Positions 47,561-55,599 of a DNA stretch of 64,000 nt are shown here, piece by piece (position 1 is the stretch's first letter; the number at the start of each line of letters is the position of its first letter). Below the pieces are notes generated by a model. It made no database searches, had not been told where the DNA came from, and saw only the letters and a list, made by a program, of their open reading frames with translations. The position numbers were made by a program, and so were the translations under genes. The stretch is from Candidatus Thorarchaeota archaeon (GTDB taxonomy: Archaea > Asgardarchaeota > Thorarchaeia > Thorarchaeales > Thorarchaeaceae), in assembly GCA_011364985.1 (NCBI GenBank), contig RDOC01000001.1:320001-384000 (forward strand), written 5' to 3'.

Positions 47561-48514
47561 ATGACAATAAAGAACATTGTGTATAATCAAAGTATCAAAT
47601 TTATTCTCTCCGGCGGAAAAGGAGGAGTAGGCAAAACCAGCGCTGCAGGAGCAATGGCCGTCCTTTCTGCTAAGAGCGGACTAAGAACTCTTGTATTGTC
47701 GACCGATCCAGCGCACAGTCTTAGTGATAGCTTCAAGCAAGACCTCTCAGGAGGAGAGATTATACCTGTGGAGGGCATAGACAATCTGTGGGGCATGGAG
47801 ATCAGCTCTGAGAAAGGTATGCAGGATTTTCAAAACGCCATGGATGGAGGAGGGACGGAGATGGAGATGGCGTCCCAACTTCTTGGAAGCATAGGAGATA
47901 TGACTCCTCCAGGATCAGATGAGGCGATGGCCTTTGGGAAGATCTTGGAATTTCTTGATGATATGTCATATGACAGAGTCATTTTCGATACAGCGCCCAC
48001 CGGTCATACACTTAAGCTACTTGAACTTCCCGAGCTATTGGACAGCTGGCTTGGAAAAGTCATAACAATGAGACAACGACTCAGTTCAACCCTTGCAGGA
48101 ATTAGAGCCATGTTGGGCGGGCGAGAACAAGAAGAAACGGCATGGGAAATGCTTCAGCAAACAAAGGAGAAGATAAAGTCAGCAAAGCTGGAGCTACAAG
48201 ACCAAGAGAAGACCCAATTTGTTATTGTGATGATACCGGAAGCAATGGCGGTCTTCGAAACCCAGCGGCTCTTGTCCAGTCTTAATACATGGAATATCCC
48301 AATGAATAACATAGTCGTCAATCAGCTGATCCCTGAGAATCCGGGCTGCGAATTTTGCAGCTCAAGAAGACAAATGCAGCAGAGGAACTTAGTAGACATC
48401 CGCGACCTCTATCAAGATATAGACATCGTAGAAGTGCCACTTCTTAACACAGAAATAGTGGGGATTGATAGTTTGGAGAATCTTGGCAGAATACTAATCG
48501 GGGAGGATCAATGA
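47561..48514 (+). CDS. Get3/TRC40/ArsA-family ATPase (single-domain, Get3-like)
   Basis: GGKGGVGKT, STDPAH, PGSDEAMAF, DTAPTGH, ETQRL, CEFC dimerisation motif and Met-rich helical subdomain. Confidence 0.93.
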   Translation: MTIKNIVYNQSIKFILSGGKGGVGKTSAAGAMAVLSAKSGLRTLVLSTDPAHSLSDSFKQDLSGGEIIPVEGIDNLWGMEISSEKGMQDFQNAMDGGGTEMEMASQLLGSIGDMTPPGSDEAMAFGKILEFLDDMSYDRVIFDTAPTGHTLKLLELPELLDSWLGKVITMRQRLSSTLAGIRAMLGGREQEETAWEMLQQTKEKIKSAKLELQDQEKTQFVIVMIPEAMAVFETQRLLSSLNTWNIPMNNIVVNQLIPENPGCEFCSSRRQMQQRNLVDIRDLYQDIDIVEVPLLNTEIVGIDSLENLGRILIGEDQ

Positions 48515-48612
48515 TGCGGTATATCTGGAAGAAAAGGCTGATAGGTCTATTCTTTGTATTCCTTTTCATAGCGTCAGTTTTTGCCGCCCTTTCACAAATC
48601 TATAAACCATAG
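48511..48612 (+). CDS. 33-aa single-transmembrane microprotein coupled to the Get3-like ATPase
   Basis: MMRYIWKKRLIGLFFVFLFIASVFAALSQIYKP*; GGAGG at 48502-48506; ATGA overlap with the ATPase stop; basic N-terminus followed by a hydrophobic stretch of about 18 aa. Confidence 0.7.
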   Translation: MMRYIWKKRLIGLFFVFLFIASVFAALSQIYKP

Positions 48613-48634
48613 ACATGAATAGACTAGAACAGCC

Positions 48635-48778
48635 CTAAACACCTTTAACACGTTTCACAACAGGAGGCCGTATCTTGTAAAGAATTCTTCCTCCGCAATA
48701 GGGACACTTCACACCTGGGAGTGTCTTGAGGCCTTCAGGAGTGACTTCTTTTGAACAGGTATGACATATATAGACCAT
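48635..48778 (-). CDS. rpo12: RNA polymerase subunit Rpo12 (RpoP)
   Basis: YICHTC...KCPYCGGRILYKIRPPVVKRVK; GGTGA SD. Confidence 0.93.
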   Translation of the reverse strand: MVYICHTCSKEVTPEGLKTLPGVKCPYCGGRILYKIRPPVVKRVKGV

Positions 48779-48881
48779 GGAATCACCACACGGGCCGACT
48801 GATTTCTTCGACCATTCAAGCAAAAGCGCGAGACTTGAGTTTATGAAGCTTTTCTTATAGTGCATCGAACTCCCTCTTGCA

Positions 48882-50465
48882 CTACTTCACAACCTCAGCT
48901 TCAAGCAATCCAGGGCTCAAGACTTTTGTTATCTTTAGCATTAGCAGTGAACCTGCAGAATATCCACCCCTCACCGTCATTATTGGACCTTCTCCGAAAG
49001 GATAAACAATTGTGTAGCCGTGGCGACTCCATGAGGGTTCAGCAGCAATTCCGCACAATGTTTTGCCAAGGTATCGATCCTTCTTGTTTCGATTAATGCG
49101 TGATGCAGTCTTTCTCAGCGGCTCACTCAATGGATCATGGAAAGAAGATTCTGAAAAATGTGAGAAGGCGGATTCAGGAAGTGGACGAAACCCATAGAGT
49201 ATGATTCGCTCAGCTCCTGCATCGCTGACCTCGTGCATGATTTTGACCGAAGCCTGCACAGATTCAGCCGTCTCACTAGGTAGGCCATAGATGAAATAGA
49301 TATAGGGGAACATACCATGCTTCTTTGCAGTTTTCACAGCATTGACAACGTCGCTTGCGCTCCCACATTTCCCGATTTGTGCCATATGTATATCCGAACC
49401 AGTTTCAAGTCCTATATTAGGAGAGATTGAAGTTAGCCTCTTGGTCAATACGCCTGCAATTTCATCTGCGAACAGACATGCCTTTATGTTCTCAATTGAG
49501 AGATGGACATTTCCCGAGTTTATTTCTGGTATTGCATTCAGATCATCAAGGAGAGATGCGATTGCATCGTTATTTGCAGGCGGTGCGCAGGGATTTGTTA
49601 CTGGCGATTCGCCCCGTTGATAGTCTAGAAAGTCAGGCGCCTCAAGGACAATTCTGTGTACGCCAGAGGCCACCAATTCCTCGATTTCGTTCACGATGGA
49701 TGCTGCAGAACGGCTTCTCGGAGGACCCCAAGTGTTTGGTACGCTGCAAAAGCCGCAGCCAGGAGGTATATTTTCAGGACATTCCAATCGTTCGTTCATA
49801 TTGGAAGATTGGCAATTGCCGCAATTGGTACACTCTCGGCCGTCTGGAAGGGGAAGGGTCGTTCTTCCAAAATTGGAACAGCCTCGCAGAACCTCGACGT
49901 ACACTCTAGCAGCTTGATAATCCTTATAGTCAACAATTCGTTCTGTAGAGGCCTTATAGTCATTAGACCATTCTTCAGAGGTGATAAAGCTCCGAGAGGG
50001 AGTTAAAAACAAGTCGTCATGATCCAGATAGGCGATGCCATCTATCTTCGAAAGATCTATATTCTCTGAGAAGAAATCCTGCTCCAGCAGGTTTTCAAGA
50101 GTTGCTTCGCCCTCGCCCATAACCAAGAGATCGGGTTTCAGGGACTCCAAAACAGGTTTTGGATTGAATGCAATAGGACCACCTATGATCATCCGTCCGT
50201 GTGGCCTTTCGTGTTTCCAAATCTTAGCGAATTTGACTGCTGCAGGAAGGTCCATAGTCATGGCGCTGATGGCAACATGGTTGTATCTCCTTAGCCGCTT
50301 CGGGATGACAAGAACATCTTCCATTCGCTGGATTTTGCATTGAACCTTCTGTTTTTCCAATACTCCTGCAACTGCACGTGGACCGCATCCTATGGAATCG
50401 CGAGAACTCGTACGTCGTCCGACACCAGCGCTAAGCGCATCCACTATGAGAACTTGATCAGACAT
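48882..50465 (-). CDS. B12-binding-like radical SAM protein with C-terminal TRAM-like domain
   Basis: IIGGP, MGEGE, EVLRGCSNF...GCGFCSVP, RSRS, IGLETGS and FIYGLP.ET. Confidence 0.85.
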   Translation of the reverse strand: MSDQVLIVDALSAGVGRRTSSRDSIGCGPRAVAGVLEKQKVQCKIQRMEDVLVIPKRLRRYNHVAISAMTMDLPAAVKFAKIWKHERPHGRMIIGGPIAFNPKPVLESLKPDLLVMGEGEATLENLLEQDFFSENIDLSKIDGIAYLDHDDLFLTPSRSFITSEEWSNDYKASTERIVDYKDYQAARVYVEVLRGCSNFGRTTLPLPDGRECTNCGNCQSSNMNERLECPENIPPGCGFCSVPNTWGPPRSRSAASIVNEIEELVASGVHRIVLEAPDFLDYQRGESPVTNPCAPPANNDAIASLLDDLNAIPEINSGNVHLSIENIKACLFADEIAGVLTKRLTSISPNIGLETGSDIHMAQIGKCGSASDVVNAVKTAKKHGMFPYIYFIYGLPSETAESVQASVKIMHEVSDAGAERIILYGFRPLPESAFSHFSESSFHDPLSEPLRKTASRINRNKKDRYLGKTLCGIAAEPSWSRHGYTIVYPFGEGPIMTVRGGYSAGSLLMLKITKVLSPGLLEAEVVK

Positions 50466-50608
50466 TCTATCTATGGAATTGTCTTCATCCTTCTATATTC
50501 TTGCACTTGCCTTTGGAAAAACTACACCTTCATAGAACTTATATAAAGCAATAACCAAGGCTGTTCGAGCATTAAGCTGAAACTAAATAACCAGGAGTAA
50601 ATCACTGC

Positions 50609-50947
50609 GTGAGCGATGAAGGTGGAATATGCCCGAATTGCGGCCTTCCTACTGACCTATGCGTCTGTGAAACCATAGCTCAGGAGGAAGCCCGTATTAC
50701 TGTAACAGTTGAACGAAGAAAGTGGGGCCGACTCACGACTATTGTTGAGGGGTTTGATAAGAATATAGATCTTTCAGACTTGGCTACAAAGCTCAAAGGC
50801 AAGCTTGCCTGTGGCGGAGCCGCAAAGCATGGTCATGTCGAGCTTCAGGGAGACCATAGAGGAACTATAACCGAAGTACTATCCAGACTTGGCTTTCCGG
50901 AAGAAATGGTTCAAATCGATTGGTCATTTGTTGAAGGCCGAAGATAG
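50609..50947 (+). CDS. Translation initiation factor aIF1/SUI1
   Basis: CPNCGLP.DLCVCE, RKWGRLTT, LKGKLACGG and ELQGDHR. Confidence 0.95.
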   Translation: MSDEGGICPNCGLPTDLCVCETIAQEEARITVTVERRKWGRLTTIVEGFDKNIDLSDLATKLKGKLACGGAAKHGHVELQGDHRGTITEVLSRLGFPEEMVQIDWSFVEGRR

Positions 50948-51014
50948 TCCTACATCTCTGAAGCAATTAGGCCATGTGGATTACATAAAGCACGGTCTGC
51001 CAGATTAGAGGAAT

Positions 51015-51983
51015 TCAGACCAAGGACATTGTATCAATTCCCAGTTTGCGCACAATCTCTTTGTATCTATTTCTCACCGTGACTTCTGTCACGCGAGCTA
51101 CTTCAGCAATCTCACGCTGAGTCCTGCGCTCGTCCATCATAATTGAGGCGACATAGATTGCGGCCGCAGCCAAACCAAGAGGGTCTCTTCCTATCGTGAG
51201 GCCCATGTCCCTGCTTCTCTCTAGAATCTCGACTGTTCGTAGTTGAACAGGACTGGAAAGCTCAAGCTGCGATGCGAACCTAGAGATGTAGTCAATAGGA
51301 TTACTTAGCGGGATTCGTACATTTAGACTTCTAAGAAGAAGACGATAGCATTGCCCAAGTTTCTTCTTATCAATGCGTGAGGCATCAGCAACTTCATCTA
51401 ATGGACGTGGTTTCTGGCGGATTCTGCATGCTGCATAGAGTGTAGCTGCCACCATCGCTTCTATTGACCTGCCTCGAACCAGTTTCTTCTGGATAGACTT
51501 GCGATAGAGCAGAGCTGCCAATTCTCTAATTGGCTGGGGAATACCAAGTTGTGAAGCCAAGCGCTCCAGCTCAGATAGAGCCTGAGCGAGATTACGGTCC
51601 ATGGAACTATGAACTCTACTTCGAATCTGCCATTTGCGTAGTCTATAGATTTCTGACCGTCGCGTTGGACTGAGTTTCCTGCCGCTGACATCTCGATCCC
51701 GCCAATCGATTACTGTTGATAGACCTTTATCATGCACAGTATATCTCATTGGCGCACCGACTCTGCTTCGAGAATCAGCCTCTTCAGAACTAAAGGCTCG
51801 CCATTCGGCGCCTGTATCAATCCTATGGTCAGAGAGAACAAGACCGCACCCCCCGCACACACGCTCTCCACGAGTTAGATCTTCGACGACTGATGAAGAC
51901 CCGCACTCGGGACAGGATTTCACATCAGACTCGGGCTTGTGAAGACTGCTCCTTTCTGGAGCATCGCCACGTACAGGTTCCAA
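51015..51983 (-). CDS. tfb: Transcription initiation factor IIB (TFB), paralog 2
   Basis: CPECG...CGGCG, GAEWRAF, HDKGLST, RGRSIE and TQREIAEVARVTEVTVRNRYK. Confidence 0.97.
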   Translation of the reverse strand: MEPVRGDAPERSSLHKPESDVKSCPECGSSSVVEDLTRGERVCGGCGLVLSDHRIDTGAEWRAFSSEEADSRSRVGAPMRYTVHDKGLSTVIDWRDRDVSGRKLSPTRRSEIYRLRKWQIRSRVHSSMDRNLAQALSELERLASQLGIPQPIRELAALLYRKSIQKKLVRGRSIEAMVAATLYAACRIRQKPRPLDEVADASRIDKKKLGQCYRLLLRSLNVRIPLSNPIDYISRFASQLELSSPVQLRTVEILERSRDMGLTIGRDPLGLAAAAIYVASIMMDERRTQREIAEVARVTEVTVRNRYKEIVRKLGIDTMSLV

Positions 51984-52158
51984 GTTGGCTCCTCCGTCGA
52001 TATCTGACCGGTAGATTCTGCCGGCTATCGATGATGAATCATTGAATTAGAAGACAGTCTCCCGGGACCACAGTATATAACAAAAGCGAAAACACGCTTT
52101 TAATTGTATGGACGCCTCAAATATCCTTCAATTATCGAAGCAAATGGAAGTTCTACCT

Positions 52159-53094
52159 CTAGGTGGTACGCTCAAAGCCATCTTCAGTTACTATAACCGT
52201 GTGTTCTGCCTGAGACACAAACTGACCCTCTTCCTCTGCAAGAATATGGTGTGCAATAAGAGCACCATTCTTCTGCAACTCTCTAATCGCGAGCTCAAGA
52301 TCAGCCCTTCTGAGCTGTTCTGCCATCCATCGCTTGGCAAAAGGGAACTCCTTGTAGTCGCGTCTTGCAATGGATAGGAATTGCTTGGTCCCCTTGAAAC
52401 GGACCGGCACGCGAATAGGAAGCATTTGAAATATCAGCGGATCAGGCAGGTCGGAAACGTTTCCAGAGCCAGTGCTTGCAAACGTTTCGATAGCATAAAT
52501 CTCATTCTCCTCAACCAATACTTCGGACTTCCCTGATACACAGGGTACTTGCTTCTCAGCGTGAAGCTCGTATTCTTTTAGTTGATGTCCAGTGAGTTGC
52601 TTGATTGGCTCAAATCCAGCGCTCTTGATTGTGTCCTCGATTAATGCACCGATAGTATTCAACTTCGCTCCGGGTCGAATCATCTCCATGGCAATTCTGG
52701 TGGCATCCTCGGAGGCCTTGACGAGTTTCGCGTGTTCTGGGTTCAAAGCAATTGTGAAGGCACTGTCAGAAATACAACCATCAACATGAGCACCGCAATC
52801 AACTGTAACAAGGTCACCCTCTTGGATTACTGTTTCATCGTCAAGTGGAGAGGTATAGTGCGCAGCAATATTGTTTATGGCAATATTGCAGGGAAAGGAC
52901 ATGCCGGTTGCATTCTCAGAGATATACTTCTCGACGGTCTCAACGATGTCCAAGAGCTTTGTTCCGGGCTTGACCATAGACCGAGCAATATCAAGAGCCT
53001 CTTTTGCAGCCACTCCAGCCTTACGCCACTTGTCCCAATCACGCCCTTCGCCTTCCTCTTGAATTTCATCTCTTGTTGGTTCATCCTCTGCCAT
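52159..53094 (-). CDS. map: Methionine aminopeptidase type II
   Basis: FPCNIAINNIAAHYT, DCGAHVDGCISDSA, LTGH, AIETF and SQAEHTV. Confidence 0.95.
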   Translation of the reverse strand: MAEDEPTRDEIQEEGEGRDWDKWRKAGVAAKEALDIARSMVKPGTKLLDIVETVEKYISENATGMSFPCNIAINNIAAHYTSPLDDETVIQEGDLVTVDCGAHVDGCISDSAFTIALNPEHAKLVKASEDATRIAMEMIRPGAKLNTIGALIEDTIKSAGFEPIKQLTGHQLKEYELHAEKQVPCVSGKSEVLVEENEIYAIETFASTGSGNVSDLPDPLIFQMLPIRVPVRFKGTKQFLSIARRDYKEFPFAKRWMAEQLRRADLELAIRELQKNGALIAHHILAEEEGQFVSQAEHTVIVTEDGFERTT

Positions 53095-53164
53095 TCCAAA
53101 TCACCTAGAGCGATAGTCCGGTATGCTTTGTGAAGTTCATAAAAGAGTGACGGAGAGGGACCAA

Positions 53165-53557
53165 TTACAGAATACCCTCTATTCGTCGTGCGATTCTTGT
53201 CATCATGAAGAACATATATCCAATGTTGGCACGTTTCGTTGTTAAGACGGCAAGGAGAGCATCTTCTCCCGCATCACAGATGATAATGTATCCTGTTTCA
53301 CCTTCAACGAGCATTCTCACAAAGGCGCCTCGTTTTAGCTGTTTGAACACTTTCCGCGTAGCTGTTTCGATTTGCGTGGACCGACCAGCTATGACGTCTT
53401 CTTCAGGTATTGTTGCAGCATCTTGGTCAGGAGGAAAATGTGTACAAATCGGTAATCCTTGCGATCTCGAAATGATAATACTAGCCTGCACATTATTCTG
53501 GGAGGCGCGACTGAGGTCTTCAAGTAGTTGTGTGAGCATTTCTGTCTTTGAGGACAT
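53165..53557 (-). CDS. Roadblock/LC7 domain protein
   Basis: L..L......VQASIIIS..GLPI...LKRG...RMLVEGETGYIII..AGEDALLAVL......IG pattern. Confidence 0.9.
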   Translation of the reverse strand: MSSKTEMLTQLLEDLSRASQNNVQASIIISRSQGLPICTHFPPDQDAATIPEEDVIAGRSTQIETATRKVFKQLKRGAFVRMLVEGETGYIIICDAGEDALLAVLTTKRANIGYMFFMMTRIARRIEGIL

Positions 53558-53641
53558 TTGAGGATGAACCTCCCTACGGGCTGCTTCGCTCCAAAAGGCT
53601 CCTCAAGTATTTAAACATGACCAGTTTGGACTCCAGGCCAT

Positions 53642-54415
53642 TTAGACCTTCTTCGCGCCAGCTGCCTTTAGTGCTTCAACGATTCTCTTCAGTCCAGCGC
53701 CATTGTCTTTCTGAACGTGCTTTTCGATATATGTCCCTTGGACTATTATCGATGCGCCTGATTCAACACCGCGTACAACCGATTTGGCATCATTAAATCC
53801 ACCTCCAGCTATGACAGGGACATCGCAGTATTGAGACACCATTGATATTGTTTCAGGAGGGACGCCACCTCCCTCAGCACCACTTCCCGCTTCCAGATAG
53901 ACAAGTTTGAACCCAAGCAATTCTGCGGCCAAAGCATACATCAGAACCAGTCTTGGTTTGTCACGCGGAAAGCATTCAGCTCGGCCAACCCAAGCTGCAC
54001 TTTTACCAGGTTCAATGAGCAGGTAGGCCATTGGGATTGATTCGATGCCTGACAACTTGACTCGGGCAGCAGCTAGAGCTTGAGCTCCGACAATGTAGTA
54101 TGGGTTGTTGCTATTTAGCAGACTCATGAAGAACATGGCATCTGCATACTCAGAGACGCCTGTTAGGTTTCCAGGAAAAAGAATGGTGGGGATATTGACA
54201 GCATCTGAGATTGCCTTAACTGAGTCGTCAATGGACCCAAAGATCGTACTTCCCCCAATCATTATCGCATCAGTGCCTGAATCCTCGACCAGCTTGGCAA
54301 TCTCAACAATTGTATCAATCTGCGTTGACAGTGGATCGGGATCTAGGAGGGAGAAGTGACATGCACCTTCGGTTGTTAGTTTATCAGTGATGTACTTCCA
54401 AACGTTTCCGGACAT
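53642..54415 (-). CDS. Geranylgeranylglyceryl phosphate synthase (GGGPS)
   Basis: HFSLLDPD, IMIGGST, ILFPG, SLLNS, YLEAGSGA and AGGG. Confidence 0.93.
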   Translation of the reverse strand: MSGNVWKYITDKLTTEGACHFSLLDPDPLSTQIDTIVEIAKLVEDSGTDAIMIGGSTIFGSIDDSVKAISDAVNIPTILFPGNLTGVSEYADAMFFMSLLNSNNPYYIVGAQALAAARVKLSGIESIPMAYLLIEPGKSAAWVGRAECFPRDKPRLVLMYALAAELLGFKLVYLEAGSGAEGGGVPPETISMVSQYCDVPVIAGGGFNDAKSVVRGVESGASIIVQGTYIEKHVQKDNGAGLKRIVEALKAAGAKKV

Positions 54416-54804
54416 GTATGCAATCCTCCAGAGTTAAATGTCGAAGCTTGGCATCGGCCTTTTTACGGTTTTGGTGCACTGTTAACCAATGGCACTTGTG
54501 TCACATTTCCGTATTCTGACAGGAGATATTGAAATCAGGCATGAGTTCTACGTGAAATGCTTATTATGGGCAAGTTGTAAACTGACATTGGAATCAACTA
54601 CAACCTATCACCCCATTACTACGCTGAGCCTCTCGCAGTAGGAATGAATATTCCAAGAACAGAGGCCATAATGGCAAGATATCATGTCAAACCAAAAGGA
54701 CCAATTTCAGAGCAAAAAAGGATTCAGATAAAGCAAGAATTGAGAATCTAGCAAGTCCATAAGACACCCTTGTCATCTTCTGCAGTGAGCAATTCGTTTT
54801 GGGA

Positions 54805-55422
54805 TCAGATAGGGAGAAATCGTCCAGTTTTTTTCATATATGCTCTGTACTCATCTCCAAAATGATTCATAAGATTCAACTCTTCTGAATCAGCCAAGAT
54901 ATAATACCCTGGAAATCCAAGGAAGAGGAGACAAGATACTACCGATGGAAGGAGTAAAAACAAACCCAGAAAGCAAAGAAGATATGATGCGTAGGAAGGA
55001 TGACGAATTCGACCGTAGGGCCCCGTGGTGACCAACTGATGCGTCTTACTCATTGCCCATGATGCTGCCATCTCTTGACGTACACTGCGCGACCAATAAT
55101 GAAGACCTATCCCCAAAGATAATAGCATAAGGCCCAGCATCCACATTACGACAGGAGGAGAGAGTATAGGGAAGGTGAACCAGAATAGGTTTGATCCAAG
55201 TCCAGTCAACCATGCTATTGGAATAAGAAAGACCAGAAAGAACGATAGTAGAGTTGAAACCGCAACAGTAACAACCGCGGTCATAGGGACTTCGGTTGAC
55301 GGCTCCGCAAGGAAGAAATTCGTCTTTGTTCTCACCTTCTTGAGGTCCAGGCGTATGTGTAGAATGACATCTACTGCTGCCAGTATTCCAATTACAGGTC
55401 CGACGATAGTGAAATCTGTCAT
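54805..55422 (-). CDS. Isoprenylcysteine carboxyl methyltransferase (ICMT/PEMT) family membrane protein
   Basis: HQLVTTGPYGRIRHPSY and EE..L..HFGDEY..Y...TGRFLP; several TM helices. Confidence 0.9.
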   Translation of the reverse strand: MTDFTIVGPVIGILAAVDVILHIRLDLKKVRTKTNFFLAEPSTEVPMTAVVTVAVSTLLSFFLVFLIPIAWLTGLGSNLFWFTFPILSPPVVMWMLGLMLLSLGIGLHYWSRSVRQEMAASWAMSKTHQLVTTGPYGRIRHPSYASYLLCFLGLFLLLPSVVSCLLFLGFPGYYILADSEELNLMNHFGDEYRAYMKKTGRFLPI

Positions 55423-55599
55423 AAAGTGATTTCTACATGCCTTGTATTTTTGGTTTGCTAAGAGCATTGAATGAAATTCACCATCATTCATCACCCTGGG
55501 CCATCATCCGAAACCCTTTATTGCTTGAAATCGACGGTCGAAATTGCTAAGAAGGAATGCGCGCCGCGGATACCCTTTATTGGCGCAGAGGACATTAAT

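Noticed and set aside
47561-48514. Arsenite-efflux ArsA
   Set aside because: Single-domain protein with a Get3-type CxxC and Met-rich groove; no arsB, acr3, arsD or arsR nearby.
54671-54751. 26-aa basic sORF MARYHVKPKGPISEQKRIQIKQELRI with a GAGG SD, considered as a small ribosomal protein
   Set aside because: It has no Zn-finger cysteines of eL40 and no other recognisable motif; too short to support.
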